Assembly (NCBI GenBank): GCA_036574075.1
Contig: JAINCN010000031.1
Location: 386-64,385, forward strand
Source: Deltaproteobacteria bacterium
GTDB taxonomy: Bacteria > Desulfobacterota > Dissulfuribacteria > Dissulfuribacterales > UBA5754
Reading direction: 5' to 3'
Length of the DNA: 64,000 bases
The notes beneath the pieces are model-generated. The model had not been told where the DNA came from, did not search any database, and saw only the letters and a list, made by a program, of their open reading frames with translations. Both the position numbers and the translations under genes were made by a program. Positions 41,992-51,239 of this stretch are shown here, in pieces. Numbering within the stretch: the stretch's first letter is position 1; every line of letters starts with the position of its first letter.

Positions 41992-42474
41992 TCATTTCGT
42001 TGATTCGCCTCCCTTTAGAAGCAGGTTCATTCCGTACCAGAGGGCGGTGTACCAGGCAGGTCCGGCGACCCTGCCCTGAAGGATCTGATACGCCCCCCAA
42101 CCCGCCAAGGCGAGAAAAGCGGCGGTTGGGATGTCAATCTGTCCGTTCGTTCCGGCCGTCACTGCGGAATTCAGGGTTCTGTATCCGTCTTTTATCCTTT
42201 GGGACAAGGGGCGAGTGTGTTTAGATGGCTGCCGTACGATGGTAAAAAGGCCAAGTGTCTCTGCCGCTTGACTGATTTGCCCAGGTGTTGAGCGATGCAT
42301 GATGAGTACACTGGCGGTTGTGGGGTTGGCCCTGACCTTCGTGACCATGTCGATATTGGAAAAGGCCTTTTCAATGTCTGCGAAATAGCCTGGGTCGTAT
42401 CTCCTTTCAGGGATCCTGAGACGGATTCTCCCTGTGCTTTCGTGAGCGACGGACGCCTCAGGAAGCCTTTTCAC
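41992..42474 (-). CDS. HMA-like domain protein with C-terminal hydrophobic region (copy b)
   Basis: Contains TGRIRLRIPERRYDPGYFADIEKAFSNIDMVTKVRANPTTASVLIMH and a C-terminal TM-like IPTAAFLALAGWGAYQIL...WYTALWYGMNLLL. There is no in-frame ATG after the upstream gene stop, so I propose GTG 42474, and the start is uncertain. Confidence 0.55.
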   Translation of the reverse strand: MKRLPEASVAHESTGRIRLRIPERRYDPGYFADIEKAFSNIDMVTKVRANPTTASVLIMHRSTPGQISQAAETLGLFTIVRQPSKHTRPLSQRIKDGYRTLNSAVTAGTNGQIDIPTAAFLALAGWGAYQILQGRVAGPAWYTALWYGMNLLLKGGESTK

Positions 42475-42751
42475 CCTCTTCCGCCTGGGAAGCCAAAGTG
42501 GCCTTGGTATGCTCTTCCTCGATTTCGGCCTGGACCTCGGCCCACATGTCCTCAATGGACTCGGCAAGCTCTGCGGCGGCCTCCTTCCCCTTCTCGTAAA
42601 AGAGAAACCCACTTTTAATGAAGGCCTTGGCTACGGGTTTGACGGTCTGGCCCAGGACAGGGATGAGTTTAGGGGCGACGGCTGCGGCGCCCAGCCCGAT
42701 GGCAAGACCTGCTAATGTCTTGTTCTTGAAGATATCTTCGACGATGCCCAC
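42458..42751 (-). CDS. small membrane-associated protein (DUF5132-like, from memory)
   Basis: TM-like LAGLAIGLGAAAVAPKLIPVL followed by an acidic helical tail. GTG 42751 has a strong SD (GGGAGGGA 6 nt upstream). The track start, ATG 42778, has none. Confidence 0.6.
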   Translation of the reverse strand: MGIVEDIFKNKTLAGLAIGLGAAAVAPKLIPVLGQTVKPVAKAFIKSGFLFYEKGKEAAAELAESIEDMWAEVQAEIEEEHTKATLASQAEEGEKAS

Positions 42752-43131
42752 GTTTTTTCCCTCCCATTTTATATTCATGAGGATACCGAAATATTAAACT
42801 TACGCAAACGGGAAGATTCATTACTTTCCTCATGGAGATTGTTAGCAAAAGGATACCGATAGATAGTGTATCATGGGTGCATGATTGACGCCGCCTCCAA
42901 CCTCTTCGACACAGCGACCTTGCTCGTCCTTCTGCGCCATGCCGAGCAGGAGAATGATTTGCTGCGCGATCAGATCCGTTCTCGTTCAAAAAGGCCCGAG
43001 ATGCAATGCGCGATACTTTCCCCTCCCCATCCCTACCCAGCGGGGGAGGGGAAGGGTGGGGGATCATCAGCCGCATGGGCTGAAAAATCGAAGTAACGCC
43101 GCGAGAATCGGGTTTTTCAGTGGGATCAGGG

Positions 43132-43500
43132 CTATATGAGCGCTGATACAAAGGAGAGGCCCATGGATTCAAGGGCCTTTTCCGCGGTGTATCCGAAGAT
43201 GGCCTTTCCGATAAATTCACCGGCGACCGCGGCCTGCCTGCTGACAAAATCCTCCTGTTCGATCTTTGTGCGGTCGAAATAGCCCGAGTTTTCCAGGGTC
43301 GTGAGGATGATGTCGTGATGGAGGACGTTTTTGTCGTACGTGATGAGGATGCTTCCTGTTGTGGTGTTGGTCTCGACGGACCTCACTCCCCGGAGCTGGC
43401 GCACTATGGTAGAGACATGTTCGGCCCGTGCGGGATTCTTTTTGATCAATGGGGTCTTGATCCGGATCCTGCCCGCAACCTCATGAAGATAGTAGCTCAT
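43132..43500 (-). CDS. HMA-like domain protein (copy a)
   Basis: 122 aa from ATG 43500 (SD GGAGAGG). Contains AGRIRIKTPLIKKNPARAEHVSTIVRQLRGVRSVETNTTTGSILITYD. The 206-aa track ORF is a 5' over-extension. Confidence 0.7.
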   Translation of the reverse strand: MSYYLHEVAGRIRIKTPLIKKNPARAEHVSTIVRQLRGVRSVETNTTTGSILITYDKNVLHHDIILTTLENSGYFDRTKIEQEDFVSRQAAVAGEFIGKAIFGYTAEKALESMGLSFVSALI

Positions 43501-43772
43501 GATGTCCTCTCCATGTATATGATCTTTTTGTAAGTTTTGCACATGGGATATTTTGAGCACCTGAATCTGATGCAGGTCTTCTCCCGCCTGTAAACGTACA
43601 TGATGTGCCCGCATAAGGGACAAACAAGTCGGGATCCCGGAAGTAATTTTGGCTCTGCGGAGCCGGAATACTGCCGGCCGCATGACATGCAAAGATAGCG
43701 TTGTTTTCCTCTTCCGGTCTTGCCATATCGGTAAAAGGTGTCTGATCCGCAATCAGGACAGCGTATTTCCAT
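43497..43772 (-). CDS. double zinc-ribbon protein (IS1 InsA-like ribbon plus topoisomerase-type C4 finger)
   Basis: 91 aa from ATG 43772: MEIRCPDCGS..GKQRYLCMSCGRQY then CPLCGH..FRCSKYPMC. ATGA overlap with the next gene. Confidence 0.65.
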   Translation of the reverse strand: MEIRCPDCGSDTFYRYGKTGRGKQRYLCMSCGRQYSGSAEPKLLPGSRLVCPLCGHIMYVYRREKTCIRFRCSKYPMCKTYKKIIYMERTS

Positions 43773-43796
43773 ATAACTTCTTAATACCGCTTGTTT

Positions 43797-43836
43797 GTTA
43801 CAGGCGTGTGACAAAATTGTGACAATTCTGTGACAA
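43797..43836 (-). promoter_or_regulatory. two tandem Pho boxes (four heptamers, 11-bp phasing)
   Basis: Minus strand reads TTGTCAC-agaa-TTGTCAC-aatt-TTGTCAC-acgc-CTGTAAC. A TATTAA hexamer (43781-43786) lies 10 nt downstream and the ATG follows 8 nt after it. Confidence 0.7.
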
Positions 43837-43870
43837 TGATGGTTGAGAGAGGAATGGAGAGTCATGGTTC

Positions 43871-43899
43871 TTGAGGGTAAGACGCGGTGGGCGTATAAA
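43871..43899 (+). promoter_or_regulatory. possible sigma-70 promoter for the PHA-system protein gene
   Basis: TTGAGG-17 nt-TATAAA, 53 nt upstream of ATG 43952. Confidence 0.3.
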
Positions 43900-43951
43900 G
43901 GGAAAGGGGAGTTATGCGTTAAAAACTCTCTCTGCAAGTGAGAATGCAGAT

Positions 43952-44254
43952 ATGTCCCGCATCGTGATCGAAAAAAGGCATGCACTTGGCGTCGATGAGG
44001 CATGGCGCCGAATAGTTCCGATTATCGAGGAAGCGGCCCGGACCTATGGCCTCGATGTCACTTGGGAAGATGGCAGATGTTTTTTCACCGGTCCGGCAAC
44101 CGGTCATGTGAATGTGTCTGAGGAATCTGTGCGTCTCGATGCGCGGCTCGGATTTGCCGCCCTCCTTTTTCGTTCCGCCATCGAGAGGCAGGTGCGGGAG
44201 GGCCTTGAAAAGGCCCTAAGTGACCTGGAAGATGATTACGATCTTGGTGCTTGA
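43952..44254 (+). CDS. polyhydroxyalkanoic-acid-system family protein (TIGR02610-like)
   Basis: 100 aa from ATG 43952. The pattern I.IEKRHALG...W..G...FTG...G.V.V....V.LDARLGF...F...IE..V...L matches my recollection of this small family. Confidence 0.6.
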   Translation: MSRIVIEKRHALGVDEAWRRIVPIIEEAARTYGLDVTWEDGRCFFTGPATGHVNVSEESVRLDARLGFAALLFRSAIERQVREGLEKALSDLEDDYDLGA

Positions 44255-44286
44255 TGCCGTTTTCGAGGTTTCCTCGAGATGAGGGA

Positions 44287-45006
44287 TCATCCTAAGACGG
44301 TATGGTTCAGTTCCTCTATGGGCTTGTGGCGAATATCCTTTCCCTTCACGAGGTAGATGATCGCCTCGCCGATATTTTTGATGTGATCCCCTATCCTCTC
44401 CAGGGAGCGGGCGGTCCAGATCATGTTGAGAGAACAGGGAATGAGCCGCGAGTTTTCCATCATGGCGAGAACGAGTTGACGAATGAGTGCTTCGTACTTG
44501 TCGTTGATGTCGCGATCCGCACGTATTACGGCAATAGCCTTTTCCAGCTCCAGATGTTCAAAGGCCGCGAGGACATCGCGCAAGGAAACTAGGATATTTT
44601 CTCCGAGATCCATGACGACGTGCGTGACAGGGTGCTCACCCCGTCTGCATCCTTCATCGTTGTCGATGACAAGCCAGGCGATTTTTTTTGCCTCGTCACC
44701 TATGCGTTCGAGATTGCCTATTATAGAGTTGACTGTCACAACGAGACGAAGATCGGATGCCGTCGGTTGACGGGTGGCAAGGATCTCGGTGCAGGCCTCG
44801 CTTATGGAGATGTCGAGCGCGTTGACTTCAGCATCCCGGGCGATCACTTTTTTCGCCTTTTCGATGTCCCCTTCCCGTAGGACACGGAGTGAATCATAGA
44901 CCTGGGTGGCGACGTATTTACCCATGCCAAGGGTACGGTCTATGATTGCCTCAAGTTCGACATTGAATTCTTCCGAGATGTGCGAGACAAATTTTTTTCT
45001 GTCCAT
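44287..45006 (-). CDS. phoU: phosphate signalling complex protein PhoU
   Basis: 239 aa from ATG 45006 with two PhoU repeats (ERIGDEAKKIA, ERIGDHIKNIG). The track ORF extends 73 codons further into MITE copy 4, which is an artefact. Confidence 0.93.
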   Translation of the reverse strand: MDRKKFVSHISEEFNVELEAIIDRTLGMGKYVATQVYDSLRVLREGDIEKAKKVIARDAEVNALDISISEACTEILATRQPTASDLRLVVTVNSIIGNLERIGDEAKKIAWLVIDNDEGCRRGEHPVTHVVMDLGENILVSLRDVLAAFEHLELEKAIAVIRADRDINDKYEALIRQLVLAMMENSRLIPCSLNMIWTARSLERIGDHIKNIGEAIIYLVKGKDIRHKPIEELNHTVLG

Positions 45007-45121
45007 GGAGAGCTCCTTGAAGGATATCCTCTCAGGGGATGGTCTTAAGTATCTGATCTTCTCTCGGCGCTTGGATGATCTCCAACTAACGGCATGATTT
45101 CCTTTGCTTCCGAATCTGCTT

Positions 45122-45296
45122 CCTGAATCCGTGAGCCTACGGCCGGGGTATTTGTTTCGTGCGGCAAATAGCCCCCATCCATGGGGGCGGATTTGCCGTT
45201 CGAGCCCCGTCCATGGGCGCCTCACTTTACAAATACCCCGGCCGTAGGCTTATGCTGTGAAATCGAAGGGTTGAGTGCATATCTCACGGATTCGGG
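45122..45296 (-). mobile_element. MITE-like repeat, copy 4 (175 bp)
   Basis: TIRs CCTGAATCCGTGAG / CTCACGGATTCGGG. Flanked by direct TGCTT (45117-45121 and 45297-45301). Lies between the pstB stop (45304) and the phoU start (45006). Confidence 0.85.
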
Positions 45297-45303
45297 TGCT
45301 TTT

Positions 45304-46140
45304 TTAACCGTAGCGTCCTGTGATATAATCTTCTGTTCTTTTGTCTTTTGGGTTTGTGAAGAGGGTTTTGGTATCCTGCATTTCGATCATCTCTCCGAGA
45401 TACATGAAGGCAGTGAAATCGGAGACACGGGCTGCCTGCTGCATGTTGTGCGTAACAATGACGATAGTGAACTGGCTCTTGAGTTCATAGATGAGTTCTT
45501 CGATCTTGTAGGTGGAAATAGGATCGAGGGCGGAGCAGGGTTCATCGAGGAGGATCACCTCGGGCTCGATGGCAATGGCTCGTGCGATCACGAGGCGCTG
45601 CTGCTGACCGCCTGAGAGCCCTAAGGCGTTGTCCTTGAGCCGATCGGCGACCTCGTCCCACAAGGCGGCCCTTTTAAGGGATCTTTCCACGACCTCGTCC
45701 AAGGTCTTTCGATTTTTTATCCCCTGGATCCGAAGCCCGTAGGCCACGTTTTCATAGATAGATTTGGGAAACGGATTGGGTTTTTGGAACACCATGCCGA
45801 CTCGTCTTCTGAGGTCAGCAACGTTGATCGATTTGTCATAGATGTTTATCCCGTCGAGGAAGATCTCTCCTGTCACACGGCAGCCGTCCACGAGGTCGTT
45901 CATCCGGTTGAAACAGCGGAGCAGGGTTGATTTGCCGCATCCGCTCGGGCCGATAAAGGCCGTGACCTGATGGCGAGGAATGGCCATGTTCACATGAAAG
46001 AGGACCTGTTTAGATCCATAGAAGAGGTCGAGATTCTTTACCTCTATGATGACATCTTCCGGATCGACCCCGCCTTCTCGCTTGCTGAACGCCTTGTTAC
46101 GTGCGGCCAGGTCGATGCCGTGCTTTGTGGTTTCATTCAT
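45304..46140 (-). CDS. pstB: phosphate ABC transporter ATP-binding protein
   Basis: 278 aa with Walker [10 protein letters not shown], signature LSGGQQQRL, and the PstB-specific C-terminus. Confidence 0.98.
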   Translation of the reverse strand: MNETTKHGIDLAARNKAFSKREGGVDPEDVIIEVKNLDLFYGSKQVLFHVNMAIPRHQVTAFIGPSGCGKSTLLRCFNRMNDLVDGCRVTGEIFLDGINIYDKSINVADLRRRVGMVFQKPNPFPKSIYENVAYGLRIQGIKNRKTLDEVVERSLKRAALWDEVADRLKDNALGLSGGQQQRLVIARAIAIEPEVILLDEPCSALDPISTYKIEELIYELKSQFTIVIVTHNMQQAARVSDFTAFMYLGEMIEMQDTKTLFTNPKDKRTEDYITGRYG

Positions 46141-46163
46141 GGGCCGTGCCTTCCCGATGGGCG

Positions 46164-47813
46164 TTACGACTCTATCGCCCGGTATTTTTCCCGCAAATGG
46201 TTGCGGATAGCTATGGAAGTGAGATTGAGGATCATGATGACGACTACGAGGAGAAAGGCAGTTGCAAAGACGAGTGGACGTACAGCATCCACGTTGGGGC
46301 TCTGGAAACCCAGATCATATATATGGAAACCAAGATGCATGAACTTGCGTTCGAGATGGATAAATGGATAGTTGCCATCGATGGGGAGAGAGGGTGCGAG
46401 CTTGACCACTCCGACGAGCATGAGCGGGGCGACTTCTCCAGCGGCACGGGCGACCGCGAGGATGAGGCCGGTCATCATGGCAGGGCTTGCCATGGGGATA
46501 ATGGTCCTCCAAAGGGTCTCTGCCTTGGTGGCCCCGAGCGCCAGGCTTCCTTCCCGAATGTTGCTCGGTATCCTTGCAAGGCCCTCTTCGGTGGAGACGA
46601 TCACGACAGGAAGGGTGAGGAGGGCGAGGGTAAGGGATGCCCACAGAAGCCCAGGGGTTCCGAAGGTCGGATCCGGCAAGGCCTCTGGGAAAAAGGCCTC
46701 ATCGATCCAGCCGCCGATGAAATAGACAAAGAAACCGAGACCGAAGACCCCGTATACAATGGAGGGGACACCGGCAAGATTGTTGACCGCAATACGGACG
46801 AGACGGGTGAGAATGCCCTGTTTTGCGTATTCTTTTAGGTAAAGGGCTGCTATGACGCCAAACGGTGTGACGATGACGGACATGATGAGAACCATTACGA
46901 CCGTGCCGAAGATGCACGGAAAGATTCCTCCCTCTGTGTTCGCCTCCCGCGGGTCTTCGGTCAGGAGTTCCCACAATTTCTCCGCGTAAAAGGCGAGTTT
47001 TGAGCCGACTCCCATCTCATTCGGGCGATACGCCCTTACCACCTTGGACAGTGGGATATCCACAGTACGTCCGTCCATGATCTCGGCAGTAAAGGATCCT
47101 TTGCCGATCTCCTGATAGAGCCCGATGAGCTGATCCTGGAAGGCCTTGTATTGGGAGTCCAATGCCTCCTTTTGCCGCTCCAGCTCGGCAAATTTTTCAG
47201 GATCGGTCTCGTTCGCCAGTTCGAGTTTGCGTTTCTTCAGGCGCAGGCGTTCGATCTTGTAATTTATGGACCCGATCTCGTCCCTCTCGATATGGCGTAT
47301 TCGGTCATGAAGGGCAAGAACGCCTGGCAGCAGCTCCTGGAGCTTGGCCCAGGCGGATTCCCCTTCCGCCACAACCTTCCCGTCCACAGAGACCGATTTG
47401 ATATATCCATAGAGATTCCCCCATTCCCGCCGCTCGACGACCATGAGGGCATGTGGGTACCGGGTCTCCTTGATGGATGTCTCTGGAACCCAGCGGAAAT
47501 CGAACCCGAATTTGTCCCTGTTTCCGACCTTGACGAGATAACGTTTCTGGAGGGTGTCCGGGTCCCCTGCCGCAGATCCTGTCTTATCGGCGTGTTGTGC
47601 GGGAATTGTTTCTTCTTCAGTGATCTCTCCTATGAGGCGGCTCTGGGATCCATCCTCCACGACGATGGCTTCCATGACGTCTAAAGGCCAGAAAAAACCG
47701 AGTCCTCGGATGGCGATCAGAAGGATGATCCCGAAGACCGCGACAAGGCTTATACTCACGCCTCCGGCGCTCAGCCACACCCACGGGTCACCGCTTTTTA
47801 TCCAATCGCGCAT
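46164..47813 (-). CDS. pstA: phosphate ABC transporter permease PstA (long form)
   Basis: 549 aa: an N-terminal TM, a ~250-aa extracytoplasmic insert with a coiled coil, then the PstA permease core ([20 protein letters not shown]). Confidence 0.9.
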   Translation of the reverse strand: MRDWIKSGDPWVWLSAGGVSISLVAVFGIILLIAIRGLGFFWPLDVMEAIVVEDGSQSRLIGEITEEETIPAQHADKTGSAAGDPDTLQKRYLVKVGNRDKFGFDFRWVPETSIKETRYPHALMVVERREWGNLYGYIKSVSVDGKVVAEGESAWAKLQELLPGVLALHDRIRHIERDEIGSINYKIERLRLKKRKLELANETDPEKFAELERQKEALDSQYKAFQDQLIGLYQEIGKGSFTAEIMDGRTVDIPLSKVVRAYRPNEMGVGSKLAFYAEKLWELLTEDPREANTEGGIFPCIFGTVVMVLIMSVIVTPFGVIAALYLKEYAKQGILTRLVRIAVNNLAGVPSIVYGVFGLGFFVYFIGGWIDEAFFPEALPDPTFGTPGLLWASLTLALLTLPVVIVSTEEGLARIPSNIREGSLALGATKAETLWRTIIPMASPAMMTGLILAVARAAGEVAPLMLVGVVKLAPSLPIDGNYPFIHLERKFMHLGFHIYDLGFQSPNVDAVRPLVFATAFLLVVVIMILNLTSIAIRNHLREKYRAIES

Positions 47814-47825
47814 GGAGCTACCTTT

Positions 47826-50072
47826 TTAGAGAGTGCTGTATCTTTTTCTCAAACGGTGGCGCACGACCTCAGCCAGCGTGTTGAAGATGAAGGTCAGGCC
47901 GAAAAGTACGAGCCCTGAGAGAAAGAGGACGCGGAAGTGGGTGCTCGCCACCTCGGCCTCTGGCATCTCAACAGCAATGTTCGCGGAAAGGGAACGGAAT
48001 CCCTGAAAGATGTTGAGGTCCATGATCGGGGTGTTTCCCGTTGCCATGAGAACGATCATGGTCTCTCCTACGGCCCTGCCGAGGCCCATCATGACAGCAG
48101 AAAAGATCCCGGGGCTTGCAGTAAACAGCACTACCTTCTGCAGGGTCTGCCAGGGTGTGGCCCCGAGGGCGAGGGATCCTTGCGTGAGGTGTTTGGGGAC
48201 CCCGAATATGGCATCTTCTGTGATGGAGAAGATGACGGGTATCACTGCAAAGCCCATGGCAATACCGACTATGAGGCAGTTTCGCTGGTCGTAGGATATG
48301 CCGAGGTCATGGGTGATCCATTCTCGGATATTTCCGCCAAAAAATATGTTTTCGATCCCCGGAGCGAGGGTATGAGCGATGAAGCCCGTGGTGATGACGA
48401 CGGGGATGAGGAGCGCGGCCTCCCATCCCTCTGGTATGCGGCTTCGCATGTCGAGGGGAAGAAGGGACCAGAGGTACGAGGCGAGGAAGATTGCAGGAAA
48501 CATCAAGAGGATGATGAGAAAGATCTCCACGAGATGCGCCTCTGCGTAGGGGGCGAGCCAGAGGCCGGCGATAAATCCGAGAATGACTGTGGGAAGGGCC
48601 TCCATGATCTCTATGGAGGGCTTTACGATCCGTCTCATCTCCGGGCGCATGAAATGTGCGGTGTAGATGGCACCGAGGATCGCAAGTGGGATGGCGAAAA
48701 GCATGGCGTAAAAGGCGGCCTTGAGGGTGCCGAAGGTTATAGGGACAAGGCTGAACTTGGGTTCGAAGTCGTCGGTCGCAGCAGATGACTGCCAGACATA
48801 GGCGGGCTTTTCGTAATTCTCGTACCAGACCTTTTGCCACAGGGTATGCCATGAGATATCGGGATGTTCGTTGTCCACGAGCCTGAACTGGATCGTGTCA
48901 CCCGCCTGGGCAAGAAGGGCGTCGGCCCTTGGGCCCACAGCCATGGTCGCGATGCCTGTGGGTGCGATCTCTTGTGTGAGGAGCACACGGTGGGCGGTCG
49001 CGTGGTAGATCCCGAGCGTGCCCTTGGCATCAGAGGCCAAGAAACCCTTTCGTCCGTATTCGGGTGCGAGGCCTGTGATAGGAGAGCCCTGGGCATGAAA
49101 ATCCCTAATGAAGGTCAATTCGGGTGCGCCCTTGTCGGATCTCACCGGAAACCATTGGGCTATCCTGCCTGTGGATGTCCCGCATATGAGAGAGATGCCC
49201 CCGGTGAGAAGGGTGATGGCCGTCAATTCTTCACCCGGCTCTGTCACGCGCACAGTCTGGATCTTTCGTGGGGACCCAGCCTCAGTGAGGTCAAAAAAGT
49301 CCACCTCACCCGACCGGTACGCCACATACAGGGATTGCTGAAGCGGAGGGACGAGGAGGTCGAGAACGGGGCCGTGGGTGTTTCCAGCTGTGGCGTGGGT
49401 GATGTCGAGGCGCACCTCGTCTGAGAGAAAGGATCGGATCCGGCCGATTCGAACGACCTCTACGGAACCTGATTCCGTCAGGCCCGCAAGGGTGCCACCC
49501 TCCTCGTCGGCCTGAACGGCCAGGCGGACAAGGGGGCCTTGTGTGGTCACGGACAAGGGCGTCTCACCGAAAGGATAGGAAACATGGGGTGTTATGAGCC
49601 TTTTGTCGCCAGGAAACGTAACTTTGTAAGAATGTTGACATATGAGGGCCGATCCGTTCGAAAGCCCATATGCGAAGATCCCGCTCCTGGGAGAACCCGT
49701 GGCAAAGGAGGTGATCCTGGTGCCTTGTGGAATGGGTGCCACCTGTTCAAGAACGATATGGCCGTTTGATGTATCGAAAAAGGTGATCTTTCCGTCGTCA
49801 GTGAATCGGGATCCGATCTCATGAAGTTCCTCCATGGCGAGGTACAAGGTCTGCGATCCGGTCGGGCCTGGAATGGGATAGGAGACCCCTTTGGAGATGT
49901 GGGCAGGGCGGAATAGGGGGATGACGACGGAAAATAGGTAGAGAAAGATGAGAAGGAGGGCGATGATGACCCCAACGCCGCCTATCGCAACACAGTAACG
50001 GGCGAGCACGTCCTTTATCATGCGCCACGTGCGAAGCCTTACTGTCGAGGTCATATGTGTTGAATTTTCCAT
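47826..50072 (-). CDS. pstC: phosphate ABC transporter permease PstC (long form)
   Basis: Permease core with [14 protein letters not shown], preceded by a ~430-aa extracytoplasmic region. The track start, GTG 50126, lies inside a hairpin. ATG 50072 or 50054 is more plausible, so the start is uncertain. Confidence 0.85.
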   Translation of the reverse strand: MENSTHMTSTVRLRTWRMIKDVLARYCVAIGGVGVIIALLLIFLYLFSVVIPLFRPAHISKGVSYPIPGPTGSQTLYLAMEELHEIGSRFTDDGKITFFDTSNGHIVLEQVAPIPQGTRITSFATGSPRSGIFAYGLSNGSALICQHSYKVTFPGDKRLITPHVSYPFGETPLSVTTQGPLVRLAVQADEEGGTLAGLTESGSVEVVRIGRIRSFLSDEVRLDITHATAGNTHGPVLDLLVPPLQQSLYVAYRSGEVDFFDLTEAGSPRKIQTVRVTEPGEELTAITLLTGGISLICGTSTGRIAQWFPVRSDKGAPELTFIRDFHAQGSPITGLAPEYGRKGFLASDAKGTLGIYHATAHRVLLTQEIAPTGIATMAVGPRADALLAQAGDTIQFRLVDNEHPDISWHTLWQKVWYENYEKPAYVWQSSAATDDFEPKFSLVPITFGTLKAAFYAMLFAIPLAILGAIYTAHFMRPEMRRIVKPSIEIMEALPTVILGFIAGLWLAPYAEAHLVEIFLIILLMFPAIFLASYLWSLLPLDMRSRIPEGWEAALLIPVVITTGFIAHTLAPGIENIFFGGNIREWITHDLGISYDQRNCLIVGIAMGFAVIPVIFSITEDAIFGVPKHLTQGSLALGATPWQTLQKVVLFTASPGIFSAVMMGLGRAVGETMIVLMATGNTPIMDLNIFQGFRSLSANIAVEMPEAEVASTHFRVLFLSGLVLFGLTFIFNTLAEVVRHRLRKRYSTL

Positions 50073-50122
50073 TGGAGCCTGCAGGTCTTGGGCTTGCGTG
50101 TGATGCGCGTCGCAGAAAACGG

Positions 50123-50149
50123 GCACCCCTCTGGTTTGGTGAGGGGCGC
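50123..50149 (-). terminator. pstS-pstC intergenic hairpin (attenuator-like)
   Basis: Minus strand: GCGCCCCTC-accaaacca-GAGGGGTGC followed by CCGTTTTCTG. Confidence 0.45.
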
Positions 50150-50195
50150 CCGTGAGAATCTGTGAGGTTCGGCTTTTTACGACGCCATCAGGTTC

Positions 50196-51179
50196 TTATT
50201 TGATCTTCGCCAATTCTTTCTGGGCGACGTCAGCTGGAAGGGGAACGAAACCGTCCTTTACGACAATCTCTTGTCCTTCCTTTGAGAGAACGAGCTTGAT
50301 GAATTCCTGCTCAAGGGGCGGGAGGGGCTTGTTAGGGGCCTTGTTTACGTAGATGTAAAGCGGACGGGAGAGAGGATAGGTCCCGTTGAGGGCGTTCTCC
50401 TCGTTGGGTTCGACGAATTTCTCACCAGCCTTGGCGGCAAGGGGTACGGTCTTGACCCCAGCGGTCCGGTAGCCGATGCCCGAGTATCCGATCCCGTTCT
50501 TGGATGCAGTGACGGACTGGACAACAGAAGCTGAGCCAGGCTGTTCGTTTACGGTCGGCTTGTAATCACCCTTGCAGAGGGCGTGCTCCTTGAAATATCC
50601 GTATGTGCCGGAGACGGAATTCCGTCCGAAGAGCTGGATGGACTGCTTTGCAAGATCACCTCCAACCCCGAGCTGCCCCCATGTCGTGATGTCCTCGTTG
50701 TATCCACACTTGCGCGTCGAAGAGAAGATGGCATCCACCTGGGGCATGGTGAGGCCTTTGATGGGATTGTCCTTGTTCACGTACACGGCAATGGTGTCGA
50801 TTGCGACGATGATGGGGGTGGGCTTGTAACCGTACTTGTCCTCGAATGCCTTGATCTCCTTATCCTTCATGGCCCGGCTCATGGGGCCCAGGTTGGAGGC
50901 GCCTTCCGTGAGGGCCGGGGGTGCGGTGGAGGATCCTGCGGCCTGGATCTGGATGTTGACATTGGGATAATTGCGCTTGAACTCCTCCTGCCACATGGTC
51001 ATGAGGTTGGCGAGGGTGTCGGATCCGACGCTTGAGAGGTTTCCGGAGATCCCGCTCGCCTTTTGGTATTTAGGGAGGGCCGGATCCACCTTGACATCTG
51101 CGGAAACCGTTCCGGCGGCCCCAAAGACCGCTGCAGCTGCGCATACACCGAGAAACTTTCGTGCCTTTGACCTTGTCAT
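50196..51179 (-). CDS. pstS: phosphate ABC transporter substrate-binding protein
   Basis: 327 aa from ATG 51179 (SD AGGAGG) with signal peptide [30 protein letters not shown]-like sequence including GSDT and GSS motifs. Confidence 0.95.
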   Translation of the reverse strand: MTRSKARKFLGVCAAAAVFGAAGTVSADVKVDPALPKYQKASGISGNLSSVGSDTLANLMTMWQEEFKRNYPNVNIQIQAAGSSTAPPALTEGASNLGPMSRAMKDKEIKAFEDKYGYKPTPIIVAIDTIAVYVNKDNPIKGLTMPQVDAIFSSTRKCGYNEDITTWGQLGVGGDLAKQSIQLFGRNSVSGTYGYFKEHALCKGDYKPTVNEQPGSASVVQSVTASKNGIGYSGIGYRTAGVKTVPLAAKAGEKFVEPNEENALNGTYPLSRPLYIYVNKAPNKPLPPLEQEFIKLVLSKEGQEIVVKDGFVPLPADVAQKELAKIK

Positions 51180-51239
51180 GTCATTACCTCCTAATGGGAA
51201 TGTTGCTGACAAGTATACAGATCCCATTCCGCTTGTCTC

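Noticed and set aside
42866-43096. 76-aa plus-strand ORF (MIDAASNLFDTATLLVLLRHAEQENDLLRDQIRS...) in the 380-nt gap of the ATPase operon, with fairly coding-like third-position GC.
   Set aside because: It has no convincing SD and no recognisable family, is antisense to the operon, and its C-terminal half is low-complexity running through a GC hairpin. It is kept only as a note and would need expression data.
43806-43836. TGTGAC repeats considered as CRP/FNR-type sites (TGTGA-N6-TCACA), given that a Crp/Fnr regulator is encoded in the window.
   Set aside because: The repeats are direct rather than inverted, and phased at exactly 11 bp. That fits OmpR/PhoB-type winged-helix binding and not a CRP palindrome.
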